From the IMG/VR virus record IMGVR_UViG_3300043465_002420: 64,000 bases of DNA. One strand, written 5' to 3'. This stretch comes from a virus. The notes beneath the pieces are model-generated. The model was given only the letters and a program-made list of their open reading frames with translations. It searched no databases and was not told the DNA's origin. A program made the position numbers and the translations under genes. Below are positions 1 to 10,204 of this stretch, piece by piece (the stretch's first letter is position 1; each line of letters begins with the position of its first letter).

Positions 1-55
1 TCTATTTCTTTTATAGATTTTAAAGGTTGTTCGCTTTCAATCCAATTTTTAAAAT

Positions 56-556
56 TCATGATTTTTCCTCAAAGTTTCTTTTAGTAATGTCTCCTGTAAG
101 AACCAATGGATCTCCATTACTATTATTAGCAAGTGTCATGTAAAAATATTTTCTTTCTTTGTTAGGAACTTCTAACTTTCTCCATATCTTTGAAACATAA
201 TTGTGAAAATCTTCTTGATTAGATATATCTGCAATAACAAATTGATTTCCATTATGGCGAGTAATTACAACTTGTCTTCCAAAGACTGGCTTTGGCAAGT
301 CTTGCAATTCTGGATAATCTTTTTCTAATAGTTCTTTAATTTTCTTTTTAAATTCTTGCATTTCGCTAGGATCTATTAATGTTATGTGAGGGTTGCTTAT
401 TTCTGTTGCACCTTCTGGTAATGATTCTATTGGTGGATTTTTAGTCTTGTAAACTAATCCATTAGAGCTATCCAATACACTTACAGCCCTTTTACGATTA
501 GGATGCATAAAGACATTATCGAAATTTTCATTAAACCAATTTTTAAAGCTTTTCAT
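56..556 (-). CDS. 2H phosphoesterase-like protein with capsid-targeting-like N-terminus (second HxT motif degenerate)
   Basis: Start re-called at ATG 556 (MKSFKNWFNE). Motif 1 is PHITLI; the motif 2 position reads YFYMTLAN, followed by GDP...GDI. Confidence 0.5.
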   Translation of the reverse strand: MKSFKNWFNENFDNVFMHPNRKRAVSVLDSSNGLVYKTKNPPIESLPEGATEISNPHITLIDPSEMQEFKKKIKELLEKDYPELQDLPKPVFGRQVVITRHNGNQFVIADISNQEDFHNYVSKIWRKLEVPNKERKYFYMTLANNSNGDPLVLTGDITKRNFEEKS

Positions 557-612
557 AATTTTATATATTGTTTTGATCATATATAAAATCAAATATTAAG
601 AAGGGAAAAATT

Positions 613-1785
613 ATGAATTTTAAACAATGGTTTTTTAACGAAATGGAGATAGCCACATTAGATAAAGAGAAAATTTATCCTTATGGGTCTTCCGATGAAA
701 TAAAATTGGGTCAGCCAAAAAGCAGTAAAGTAAGTGGTTTTTGTCTACACAATCCAGAAATAAATGCATTTGCTCAAAAAAATTCAACAAATATGTTTAT
801 AGTTTTTGCATTTGTTTTTTACACAATTCAAAAAGAGTGGCAGATAGTTCATCAAACATTTCCAGATTTTTTAAAATGGGTTTTTGAAGATGCGATACAT
901 AAAACAAAAAAAAATAAGATAAATGCTTGGGATTATGCTGGCCAATCGTTTGCAAAACAGGCAAATCTACTTGGTTCCAAAAAAGGAGAAAGTAAGGCGA
1001 GATATCTCGAAGAATTATGGGAAAAAAAAGATACTATTTATAATGGTATAACATCGCTCATGAATAAAGGTGAATCTACTTCCTTATCAGATTCTTCTGA
1101 TTTTAAAATTTTCGAGTATATTGTAGACAACATAAAAGGACTTGCTGCTGTAAAAGCTGCTTTTGCAACTCAATTAATCATAGGAAAATATGGATGTGTA
1201 GATTCTGTTAATATGAGAGCGTATGACAAAATGATTCGTGCCGATATAGAAAAAGACCCAAAAAAATCTGGCTTTAGTTTAACCACTAAAAAAAGTAAGA
1301 CCAAAAAAGACGCTCTTGGTAATTTTGTAAATATAACCGACAAAAAAGGTAATACCGTCACTGATACAAATGTAAAAACAAGTGGTATTGGTTTGAAAGG
1401 ATATGTTAGTTTTCTTGATGCCTTGCAAGACTTATATGGCGATAGCATTTCTAAAATCATGTGGGATGATTGGTGCAAAATAGTAAATGACAAAATTATA
1501 AAATCTAATGACATTGGCGATTCAAATAAAATAAAATTAAATGTTAATGATCAAGAATTTAAAATAAACCCATACAAAGTAAAAAGCAATACAAGAGACA
1601 TGATTGACAAAGAAAAGGGATTTTTGCAAAAAGTAGATCCAGAAGGTACAGGTTCTGGAATTAGTTTGGCCCATTTGCAATCAATCAAAGCTGGAGAAAA
1701 GTATGGAGAAAAATTCGATATTGCAAAAGTATTGGAAAAAATTAAGATTTTAAAAGAATATATATTATCACAAAACATTCTATAA
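613..1785 (+). CDS. Hypothetical protein with HhH-GPD glycosylase-like motif and capsid-targeting-like N-terminus
   Basis: 390 aa; starts MNFKQWFFNE; IVDNIKGLAAVKAA...GCVDSVNMR resembles a helix-hairpin-helix plus conserved Asp. Confidence 0.35.
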   Translation: MNFKQWFFNEMEIATLDKEKIYPYGSSDEIKLGQPKSSKVSGFCLHNPEINAFAQKNSTNMFIVFAFVFYTIQKEWQIVHQTFPDFLKWVFEDAIHKTKKNKINAWDYAGQSFAKQANLLGSKKGESKARYLEELWEKKDTIYNGITSLMNKGESTSLSDSSDFKIFEYIVDNIKGLAAVKAAFATQLIIGKYGCVDSVNMRAYDKMIRADIEKDPKKSGFSLTTKKSKTKKDALGNFVNITDKKGNTVTDTNVKTSGIGLKGYVSFLDALQDLYGDSISKIMWDDWCKIVNDKIIKSNDIGDSNKIKLNVNDQEFKINPYKVKSNTRDMIDKEKGFLQKVDPEGTGSGISLAHLQSIKAGEKYGEKFDIAKVLEKIKILKEYILSQNIL

Positions 1786-1797
1786 AAAGGAAAAGTC

Positions 1798-2202
1798 ATG
1801 AGTCAATATTTTAATCAAAAACCTATCAGTGAAGCGACATGGTGGGCAAGTGTGATGGATCAACTTGGAAATGTAAGCAAAAATCCTAATTTGTACGAAG
1901 ATATGGACGCACCAGCACCATCACCATCACAATCACCAGAAGATGAAATGAAAATAGGTCATGGTTTAGACAGAAAGTTAAAAATATTTTTAGATGGATT
2001 AGATAAAACTGATTTAACTAGAGCAAATTTAAAAAACTTGGCAAAAACCTTGATAAACTCATTACACAAAGCAATGGTAGATGATGAAGGAATTCAAGAT
2101 TCAAGTGCAAGAACTATGCTTATGAAAGAAATTAAAGCAGCTTTTCAAGAAGTTCCAGAAGAAGAATCAGCAGAAGAAGGTCAAGAATTTAAAGGACAAT
2201 AA
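1798..2202 (+). CDS. Hypothetical acidic protein
   Basis: 134 aa ORF, AGGA SD, co-oriented with neighbours. Confidence 0.6.
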   Translation: MSQYFNQKPISEATWWASVMDQLGNVSKNPNLYEDMDAPAPSPSQSPEDEMKIGHGLDRKLKIFLDGLDKTDLTRANLKNLAKTLINSLHKAMVDDEGIQDSSARTMLMKEIKAAFQEVPEEESAEEGQEFKGQ

Positions 2203-2210
2203 CCTCAACG

Positions 2211-2573
2211 ATGATATCATTTATCAAAAATCTATTCGGACTTAGGTCTAGTATCAGAAATCTATTCGATCTTAGATCCGGTAGGTGGAATGGTCGTAGA
2301 AAAAAATGGCTGACAGAAAATGATAGTTGTATAGCTTGTGGAAAAAAAAGTTCACTTCATGTACACCATAAGATTCCGGTTCATATTGATGAAAGTAAAG
2401 AGCTTATTGAAGATAATCTATGTACTTTGTGTGCAACATGTCATTTTGTTTTTGGCCATTCGCACAACTGGTCACTTTATAACCCTTTTGTAATAGAAGA
2501 TTGTGAAAATCATTTAAAAAGGGTAAAAGAAAATCAAAAAATTAATCAATCCTTGCAAAAAAAACAATATTAA
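2211..2573 (+). CDS. HNH endonuclease
   Basis: CIACG..LHVHHKIP...NLCTLCATCH motif. Confidence 0.85.
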   Translation: MISFIKNLFGLRSSIRNLFDLRSGRWNGRRKKWLTENDSCIACGKKSSLHVHHKIPVHIDESKELIEDNLCTLCATCHFVFGHSHNWSLYNPFVIEDCENHLKRVKENQKINQSLQKKQY

Positions 2574-2587
2574 AATCAGTGAACTAA

Positions 2588-3688
2588 ATGCGTCATAAAA
2601 ATTTAAAAAATCAAGTAAAAATACAAGAGGCATTAGCGAAAAAAGCTAATAATCCATATCTTCGTATAATCCCAGAAAATGCAAAGATATTTCAGAAAAA
2701 TAAAAAAATAGAAATTCATAATAATGTAAGAAATAAAAAATCTATTTTTACAAATTTAGAATCACAAAATCAGAATTTCAAAAGAGAAAAAGAAATTCAA
2801 TTCTTAACAACCATACCATCTAAAATGGTAAGGCTTGATTTGCCAGAAGCTGGTAGCTTTAATGCGGGAATATTAGATTTAGGCAATAAAATATTATGCG
2901 TTTATAGATCAAATGAATATGAATTCGTAGCTTGTTTTTTAAATTATGAATATAAAGTTATAAACAATTTTTATTATAAATTTAAAATGTATGGTGTTAC
3001 CGATCCAAGAATAATTAGAACTCCTGATAATAAAGTTCTAATGTCTTATTCAATGAAATTTGACAATTGTAATGCTGAAAGTATTGCAGGAACAATTATA
3101 ATGGATCTAAGTAAATCAGATACTGAAATTTTTGAAGCTGAAACAATTAGGATAAGCCCAAAAGAAATTGTAAGAAGGCAAAAAAATTGGATGCCTTTTG
3201 TTCATGAAAAAAAATTATACTTTATTGCAAACATACATCCACATGAGATTTATGAAGTCCACACAGGAAGCATCATAAAATCAGAAAAAAAATATGTAAC
3301 ATCATTTAAAAATAAATGGTTTATGCAGACTGAATTGAGAGGTAATACAAATGCAGTTATCTTGCCAGATGGCAATTATTTGACAACATTTCACACAGTT
3401 GCAAGAAACAAAAATTTACATTATTATGATAATGGTTTTTATATTTTTGAAGGCAAGCCACCATTTGTAGTGACGCATATGTCTGAAAAAACATATTTAA
3501 AAGCAGAAGATGCTACAGAACCTCATTATAGAAAATCTGGTCTTATACTGTGTACATTTCCAATTGGAATGATCCTTAAAGATAACAAAGTCATTATAAG
3601 TTATGGCGACAATGATTCTTGTGTAAAAATACTTGAATCATCCTTAGATGATGTCATGAGCATGATGGTTAAGGTAAACGACAAATAA
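2588..3688 (+). CDS. GH130/DUF377-like five-bladed beta-propeller glycosidase or phosphorylase
   Basis: FNAGI, TDPRI, QKNWMPF, LRGNTNAV, FPIGMI, ISYGDND motifs; basic N-terminal extension. Confidence 0.65.
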   Translation: MRHKNLKNQVKIQEALAKKANNPYLRIIPENAKIFQKNKKIEIHNNVRNKKSIFTNLESQNQNFKREKEIQFLTTIPSKMVRLDLPEAGSFNAGILDLGNKILCVYRSNEYEFVACFLNYEYKVINNFYYKFKMYGVTDPRIIRTPDNKVLMSYSMKFDNCNAESIAGTIIMDLSKSDTEIFEAETIRISPKEIVRRQKNWMPFVHEKKLYFIANIHPHEIYEVHTGSIIKSEKKYVTSFKNKWFMQTELRGNTNAVILPDGNYLTTFHTVARNKNLHYYDNGFYIFEGKPPFVVTHMSEKTYLKAEDATEPHYRKSGLILCTFPIGMILKDNKVIISYGDNDSCVKILESSLDDVMSMMVKVNDK

Positions 3689-3699
3689 ATCAAAAATTT

Positions 3700-4299
3700 T
3701 TAGTCTGGTTTTTCAAAGTAAAAGCTATAACCTTCCCATCCAGAACCATAAACGGCTCTTTTTGGTGAGTTATCATCCGAAGTATGAAATAATTTTATTC
3801 CCTTTGATGCAGTAAATTCATCTACGGATCTTTTTACATTATAGCTTTCATCAGGTCCAGAGGCATAGTCATGACCAGCAAAAATTCCACCCTTCTTAAT
3901 CTTAGGATACCAAATGTTTAAATCGTTGAGACAACCTTGATAACTGTGATTTGCATCTAAATAAATAAAATCAATATGGTTGTCATAAAACTGATTTACA
4001 GCAACATTTGACCACATTTTTAAAAATGAAACATGTTTGTGATTCTTAAAATCTTTTAAAACTTGGTGATATCTTGTAATTTGAACTTCGTTCGATAAAT
4101 TACATGGGTCATTGTATCCTTCACTTTGATTTTCCCAAAAATCAATTGCAAATAACTTTTGACATGTTTTCCAAGAATCAACAATTTGCTTTGTAAAGTG
4201 ACCTGCTGCAACGCCAATTTCTACTCCAATCCCATTTGGAAATTTTTTATCGATATACTCAAGTAGTTCTACTCTATTTTTAAAATTTTCACTTAACAT
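3700..4299 (-). CDS. Class I SAM-dependent methyltransferase (Methyltransf_24-like)
   Basis: GVEIGVAAG, IDFIYLDANHSY, GGIFAGHDY. Confidence 0.9.
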   Translation of the reverse strand: MLSENFKNRVELLEYIDKKFPNGIGVEIGVAAGHFTKQIVDSWKTCQKLFAIDFWENQSEGYNDPCNLSNEVQITRYHQVLKDFKNHKHVSFLKMWSNVAVNQFYDNHIDFIYLDANHSYQGCLNDLNIWYPKIKKGGIFAGHDYASGPDESYNVKRSVDEFTASKGIKLFHTSDDNSPKRAVYGSGWEGYSFYFEKPD

Positions 4300-5395
4300 A
4301 ATATCTCCCGTTTGTCCAAGAATCGTTATAAATATCTACTTTTTCTTGAATTGTTTTGCCTTTCATATCTTCTGCTAATATTTGTAAATTCCTGCCTATT
4401 TTATATTTAGGTATAATAGTTGATTTATAAGAACTTTTATTTCGAATAAAATCATATGATTCAGAAAAATCATTGTGCCAAATGAAAGAAGACAAATGAC
4501 ATTTTTTGCAGATCCAGATTTGATCTTCCTCAAAAATTTCTATTTCTCCTTTTTCTATTCTATTTTTTATATCAAATCTATTTGGCTCATAAGTATATTG
4601 TGCTTTATCGCAAGCCTCACATGGCTTTTTAAATACATGATCAGGAACAATATTAGATCTACCAGAATGTGATCCGTAATAATGATGCAATCTAAACATT
4701 TTTTTAGAAAATCTTGCACAAGTAGACCCAAATTTTCTTGCCCTTAAGCAAAAATCCTGATCTTCCCAATGCTCATTATTTGTAAATACTTCATCACAAC
4801 CATTAATTTCCAACCATTCATTTCTAAAAATCATATAATTGCCATAACAATTAAGTGGCATTAATTTCGCTGATTCATTAATTTCGCTATGTTCTGTCCA
4901 AGAGCATCCAGATTCATTTATCTTTGGAATAGAATTCCAATTAACATTATCGCTATTCATATCCCAAATGGAAATAGAATGACCCGTTTGTGGGTGAGCA
5001 TCCAATACGCTCTTAGGTTCGCAATTGTGAAAATAAAAATCGCAATTAGTGGTTGATTCGGCACAAATTTTTGTGAAGTCTGGTGTTACAAATCTCCAGC
5101 AAGACAATCTTACTATTCTATTTGATTCCGAATACACATATGGAGCATTAAATATTGCACAGTCTAATCTTTTAGCTATATTCAAATTAGGTTTGTAAGG
5201 AACATGAATGATGTTTAATTTATAATGATTTGCATATTGCGGAATAAGATCTTTTCTTTTAGAGTAGTGAGGGTCTATAGCATAAACATCAAAATCTTTA
5301 TAATTTTGTTCAGACAAGCATTTCAATTGTGCTTTAAAAAGATAATCTCCTTCAAAGAAGAAAGATGGTGTCATTCCTACTGTAAGATTTGTCAT
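4289..5395 (-). CDS. Glycosyltransferase family 2 / GT-A fold protein
   Basis: CLSEQNYKDFDV N-terminus; INGCDEVF...WEDQDFCLR (GT2/GT7 C-terminal signature); Cys-rich C-terminus. Confidence 0.7.
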   Translation of the reverse strand: MTNLTVGMTPSFFFEGDYLFKAQLKCLSEQNYKDFDVYAIDPHYSKRKDLIPQYANHYKLNIIHVPYKPNLNIAKRLDCAIFNAPYVYSESNRIVRLSCWRFVTPDFTKICAESTTNCDFYFHNCEPKSVLDAHPQTGHSISIWDMNSDNVNWNSIPKINESGCSWTEHSEINESAKLMPLNCYGNYMIFRNEWLEINGCDEVFTNNEHWEDQDFCLRARKFGSTCARFSKKMFRLHHYYGSHSGRSNIVPDHVFKKPCEACDKAQYTYEPNRFDIKNRIEKGEIEIFEEDQIWICKKCHLSSFIWHNDFSESYDFIRNKSSYKSTIIPKYKIGRNLQILAEDMKGKTIQEKVDIYNDSWTNGRYYVK

Positions 5396-5495
5396 AATAA
5401 CTTATTTATGTAGGCTAATCAAAAAAATATAATTTTTAAAAAACAAAAAAATATGATACAATAATGATAACTAATTCTTAATTGGGCAATAAAGG

Positions 5496-6167
5496 ATGTC
5501 CTTCCAAATTTATAAAAATTTGGTAAATCAAGCAACAATGACATTTTCTGAATTTATTAAAAATGAACACAAAAAAATTCTTGGTTGGTGCGATGAAGAT
5601 AAGGCACAAAAATTTTACGATATCATTACAGAATCTAAGGCAAAATTATGTGTAGAAATTGGAGTTTTTGGAGGTTCGTCTTTAATTCCACAAGCTCTTG
5701 CGATGAAAGATAATAATGATGGAATCGTAGTTGGTATCGATCCTTGGACACATGATGCTGCATTAGAAGACATGGAAAAAGATGAGAATAAAGAATGGTG
5801 GTCAAAAATAAATCTAGATGAAATTTATAAAAATTTTACTAGCCAATTAAAATTTTATAAAGTGGATTCATTTTGTAAAATCTATAGAGATAAATCAGAA
5901 AATGTAATAAATGAATTTAAAGATGAATCTATTGATATTTTACACATTGATGGAAATCACTGCGAAAAACTTGCCTATCAAGACTCTGTAAGTTATTTTC
6001 CAAAGGTTAAAAAAGGTGGATACATATTCTTTGATGATACATCTTGGAGTGAAAACGGAAAAAATATATCAACAGAAAAAGGTTTAAATTATTTATTGCA
6101 ATATTGTGAAAAGGAATGTATTGTTGGAAAAGATTGTGTAATCTTAAAAAAAAATAATTACAGATAA
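5496..6167 (+). CDS. Class I SAM-dependent methyltransferase (Methyltransf_24-like)
   Basis: VEIGVFGGSS, IDILHIDGNH, GGYIFFDD. Confidence 0.9.
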   Translation: MSFQIYKNLVNQATMTFSEFIKNEHKKILGWCDEDKAQKFYDIITESKAKLCVEIGVFGGSSLIPQALAMKDNNDGIVVGIDPWTHDAALEDMEKDENKEWWSKINLDEIYKNFTSQLKFYKVDSFCKIYRDKSENVINEFKDESIDILHIDGNHCEKLAYQDSVSYFPKVKKGGYIFFDDTSWSENGKNISTEKGLNYLLQYCEKECIVGKDCVILKKNNYR

Positions 6168-6187
6168 GATTTTTTTGCGTTGAACAT

Positions 6188-6445
6188 TCATTCGGAAATA
6201 TAAAGAACAGAATAGAAAATTTTCATTTTTTCTTCATATCCATGACCAAGAGGATGCCACTCTTCAGAAGCTTGCATTTGAACAACTTTTTTGCACATAG
6301 CAGCATCTGGAATCCTGTTAAATTTACTTTTGCAAAATTTTATGAAATGAGTTACTAAAACTTCCAAGGAATAAAAACAACCAAGAACAGATACTTCGTT
6401 ATTCTTTTGGATGGCCAACACATATACACTTTTCTTGTTACTCAT
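6188..6445 (-). CDS. Hypothetical protein
   Basis: 85 aa ORF filling the gap. Confidence 0.55.
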   Translation of the reverse strand: MSNKKSVYVLAIQKNNEVSVLGCFYSLEVLVTHFIKFCKSKFNRIPDAAMCKKVVQMQASEEWHPLGHGYEEKMKIFYSVLYISE

Positions 6446-6523
6446 GAAACCTTATGCTTTTCATAAATTGATTGATTTTCAAAAAATAATTGTAATTTTA
6501 TTGTAACATTATGTCAATGTTAA

Positions 6524-6829
6524 TTATTTGCTATTCCAAGCAGCATGACTTTCTTCTCTTCTTTTTTTCAATTCAATATCAATATAACTATTTATTTGTC
6601 GATATAAAGGCAAAGATTTGCAAGCAAGCATTAATGGAATTGTTAATTTTTCTATTTTGACTTTATCGTTTTTCAATTTAGCTTGGACATAATCCTGCAA
6701 AATAGTTACTGGCACATTTTTAAATTGTGCTATAGTTTTGTTGATAAATTCATCATCCATAGCCCTAATTGGGTTCACATGTGGTGCAAAGTCAAACAAT
6801 CCTTCAAGATACTGATAAAAAGTTTTCAT
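6524..6829 (-). CDS. Hypothetical protein with capsid-targeting-like N-terminus
   Basis: MKTFYQYLE; GAGG SD upstream. Confidence 0.7.
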   Translation of the reverse strand: MKTFYQYLEGLFDFAPHVNPIRAMDDEFINKTIAQFKNVPVTILQDYVQAKLKNDKVKIEKLTIPLMLACKSLPLYRQINSYIDIELKKRREESHAAWNSK

Positions 6830-6903
6830 TATGTTATCCTCGTTTAAATATATATAATATTTTTAACAAAAGATTTAAATCGTTTGACGCTAAATTATTG
6901 AAT

Positions 6904-7371
6904 ATGAATAAAAATTATTGGTCAATTGAATTGTTGCATCCATACTCGCCATCTTACGAGGATGTAAATACATATAAAGACAATAGAAAAAAAGGAACTA
7001 CACTTTTACTTGGATGCACTCATAAATTGTTACCATTGAGCGACTTTCAGATGGACATAGATCCTTGGTATGAAGCACCTACTGTAATTGTCAAAGATTG
7101 GGTCGATAATGATAATTTCTACAACAATATGATTGGCGATGGAGTTTTGAACTTTACTAAAGATTTGACAGAAAAAATCATTAAAATGTCTCAAAGATAT
7201 ACTGAGGCTTTAATTGTTAGATCTTTCAATAAGAAATTGCCAAATATGAAAATCGCAAATTATTTCCCAACAGAAAACGACTTCGCATTGAAACCAAGTA
7301 AAATCTTAAAACATCAAGATTACAACTTTTTTATATGGAATTTTAAAAATGAATCAAATGGAAGAATCTGA
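6904..7371 (+). CDS. Hypothetical protein
   Basis: Start re-called at ATG 6904 to avoid overlapping the divergent gene; overlaps the start of the next gene. Confidence 0.55.
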   Translation: MNKNYWSIELLHPYSPSYEDVNTYKDNRKKGTTLLLGCTHKLLPLSDFQMDIDPWYEAPTVIVKDWVDNDNFYNNMIGDGVLNFTKDLTEKIIKMSQRYTEALIVRSFNKKLPNMKIANYFPTENDFALKPSKILKHQDYNFFIWNFKNESNGRI

Positions 7372-8383
7372 TCTTAAAGTAACCTTAGAAAAATTCGAAA
7401 TAGGTCAATGGTCATATAAGCCAAACTTCAACATCATTTCTAAATTTCCAATCATGAGTAAAGAATGTCTTCGAAAAGTAGAAATGAAAAAACATCTATT
7501 TACATGCAGCACATCTGGATCTACAGGAGAACCAGTATCGGTAGAAAAAACATATGAAGATTACATCTGGTATATGGCAACTACAGTAAGAGAATTTCTT
7601 TGGCGTAAGTGGGATTTCACAAAAAATGTCGCAATAATTAGAGGCGACAATAAAGTGGAAGATTTAGAAACTTGGGGATTACCAAAATTCATAGCACCGA
7701 TACAAGGCATGACATACAAAATGAATTTCGCACCTATAAGTGTAATTCAATCTTGGTTGGAAGAAAAAAATCCACATTACATTCACTGTTATCCATCTAT
7801 TTTAAAACAAATCGATTTATCAAAAGTAACAAATCTAATTGATGTAAAAGGCACAGGAGAATTAGGCGGAACTATGTTTTCATCCGAAGAGTGTGGAACT
7901 ATAGCGATACAATGTCCTGATAACAAAAACAATTATCATGTCATGGAAAATCAAATGGTTGAAGTCGATACTGATGGTAGCATGATTATAAGTACCATGA
8001 CAAACCCTTACATTAGAAGATATAAAAATGGCGATCATATAGAGCTTGGAGAATGCACTTGTGGAAGAACATTACAAACCATTACAAAAATAAATGGAAG
8101 GGTAAGAAATATGTTTGTGCTTCCAAATGGAGATAAAAAATGGCCATTAATTGGAAGTAGAGACTACCATAGTAGATTTGGTATAAAAAAATACAAAGCA
8201 ATTCAAACATCGATTGATCAATTGGAATTGCAAATCATATGTGAGCCACTTGAAGAAAAAGAAAAAGAATTAAAGGATTTAATTTTAGAATGGTTACAAT
8301 CGCCAATAAATATAACTATTAAATATGTTTATTCTTTTCCAAACTATAAACATGAGGAGTTTATTTCTTTGGCGGACAAATGA
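7349..8383 (+). CDS. Phenylacetate-CoA ligase/CapK-like adenylate-forming enzyme (compact)
   Basis: STSGSTGEP P-loop, SSEECGTIAIQCP, IRRYKNGD, CTCGRTL, GRVRNMF. Confidence 0.8.
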   Translation: MNQMEESDLKVTLEKFEIGQWSYKPNFNIISKFPIMSKECLRKVEMKKHLFTCSTSGSTGEPVSVEKTYEDYIWYMATTVREFLWRKWDFTKNVAIIRGDNKVEDLETWGLPKFIAPIQGMTYKMNFAPISVIQSWLEEKNPHYIHCYPSILKQIDLSKVTNLIDVKGTGELGGTMFSSEECGTIAIQCPDNKNNYHVMENQMVEVDTDGSMIISTMTNPYIRRYKNGDHIELGECTCGRTLQTITKINGRVRNMFVLPNGDKKWPLIGSRDYHSRFGIKKYKAIQTSIDQLELQIICEPLEEKEKELKDLILEWLQSPINITIKYVYSFPNYKHEEFISLADK

Positions 8384-8961
8384 AAAATTTTGAAGAATTA
8401 TGGGATTACATTAAAGAAGACAATTTGATGGGCTATGAGAAAAGTAAAAATCTTTACGATGAATTGAAAACTACTAAAAATTTAAATGGAAACACAGCAG
8501 AAGTAGGAGTATACAAGGGAAAAACTTCAAAATTAATACATTTATTCCATGAAGATAAAAATCATTATTGTTACGATACCTTTGAAGGTGTAGCTCTTTC
8601 AGACTCTAATATAGATTTTCATAAAAATGGAGATTTTAATTGTTCGATAGAAAAAACGAAAGATTTCCTCGGAACCGATAATGTCATATATAAAAAAGGA
8701 ATTTTCCCTTTTACTTTCAAAGAAGAAAAAGAAAAATTTATTTTTGTCCACAGTGATACTGATACTTATGCTGGGGCAAAAGCAACATTAGATTGCTTTT
8801 CTAAAATCATTGTTCATAATGGTATAATTTTATTTGATGATTATCATTTTAAAGGCATTGAAAAAGCAATTTATGAATTTTTTCTAAAGAACAAAAATTT
8901 TTCATTTAAACAATCTCAATATCAATGCGTTCTTACCAATAAAAATATAAAATTGATTTAA
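8380..8961 (+). CDS. TylF/MycF-family O-methyltransferase
   Basis: AEVGVYKGKT, YDTFEG, KGIFPFT, FVHSDTDTY, ILFDDY. Confidence 0.85.
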   Translation: MKNFEELWDYIKEDNLMGYEKSKNLYDELKTTKNLNGNTAEVGVYKGKTSKLIHLFHEDKNHYCYDTFEGVALSDSNIDFHKNGDFNCSIEKTKDFLGTDNVIYKKGIFPFTFKEEKEKFIFVHSDTDTYAGAKATLDCFSKIIVHNGIILFDDYHFKGIEKAIYEFFLKNKNFSFKQSQYQCVLTNKNIKLI

Positions 8962-8991
8962 CAAATCGATGAAAATTGATATAATAATATC

Positions 8992-9717
8992 ATGAAAATA
9001 AATTTAAAATACATCATAAGTGGAACTGGTCGTTGTGGAACAGTTTATATGGCTAGATTTTTCACAGAAATTGGGATTAATTGCGGTCATGAAGCCATTT
9101 TTGATAACCATGGCCTAGACATAGCACTTAAAAGAATTAATGGTAATGCTTCAATTGAGACGAGTCATTGTTCTAGATTTGACCTACTGAGATCTAAGCC
9201 CATAGAAAATTGGTTTTCTGCAAATAACATAATGGCGGAATCAAGTTACTTGGCTGCTCCTTTTCTGAATCATTCATGTTTTTCTGATGCTAGATTAATT
9301 CATGTTGTTCGCAATCCTTTAAAAGTTTTAAGTTCTTTTTTTCTAGATGCTAAATTTTTTGATCCTAAATCTGAAGGTCAGAAGCCTTGGAATTCTTTCG
9401 TTTACAGGCATATGCCACATATTGAAATGGAAAAAACCATAATTGAAAAAACTTGTAGGTATATCATAGATTGGAACAGGATGATCGAAAAAAGTAAAAT
9501 TGAAAAAATAAAAATAAGAATTGAAGATTATCCATATGATTCACTTGCTAACTTCCTTAGATCTAATGCAAAAATAATAAAAAACAATAAAATAAATTCT
9601 TGGAAAAATCGTGAAAAAGAGTTAACTATTTTTGATATACCAAAAGGAAAAACAAGAGATGAATTTGTATTCTTTATGAAAGAAAACAAATACACTGTCG
9701 ATATGGTTACAATTTAA
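8992..9717 (+). CDS. Sulfotransferase-family protein
   Basis: ISGTGRCGT (5'-phosphosulfate loop) and IHVVRNPLKVLSS (3'-phosphate motif). Confidence 0.7.
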   Translation: MKINLKYIISGTGRCGTVYMARFFTEIGINCGHEAIFDNHGLDIALKRINGNASIETSHCSRFDLLRSKPIENWFSANNIMAESSYLAAPFLNHSCFSDARLIHVVRNPLKVLSSFFLDAKFFDPKSEGQKPWNSFVYRHMPHIEMEKTIIEKTCRYIIDWNRMIEKSKIEKIKIRIEDYPYDSLANFLRSNAKIIKNNKINSWKNREKELTIFDIPKGKTRDEFVFFMKENKYTVDMVTI

Positions 9718-9719
9718 AA

Positions 9720-10031
9720 TTATTTCGTAATAATGATTCTATTTATTTCACTAATTTTAGACCTTAAAGATTCAACTTCGGAAATAAGATCTATATTTTC
9801 GGATTTCAAATCCATAGATTGATTTTCAATTTCAACTTGTAAATTTAATTTATCTTTTTTAAGAATTTCTATTTTTTCATATAAATCATTTATTTGAAGA
9901 TTCAATCTTTCGATTTCATCGTGTAAAGACAAACTATCACTTTTCAACTGTTCGTTTTCATTTTTTAAAGAATTAGATTTGTTGATTTTACTTTGAAAAA
10001 AGTTTTTTACTGTTGAAATCATAATAATCAC
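9720..10031 (-). CDS. Coiled-coil hypothetical protein
   Basis: Heptad-rich 103 aa ORF. Confidence 0.6.
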   Translation of the reverse strand: MIIMISTVKNFFQSKINKSNSLKNENEQLKSDSLSLHDEIERLNLQINDLYEKIEILKKDKLNLQVEIENQSMDLKSENIDLISEVESLRSKISEINRIIITK

Positions 10032-10204
10032 CTTTTTTATTGAAAAAATAAGATAATTTAAAGTAGTATCAAATATTTTTAATTTTTGTTAAAAAAGACA
10101 TAAAGTGTAATAACTACTATTAGGTATTTTTAATACAGGAGAAATATTAGTCTCCTTTATTTATTGTAAATTTAAATTAACATAAGTGAAATTTGAGGTA
10201 TAAA

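Noticed and set aside
10137-10156. AGGAGA/TCTCCT hairpin as a terminator or translation site
   Set aside because: Only a 6-bp stem, no gene ends upstream on that strand, and no start codon at SD distance.
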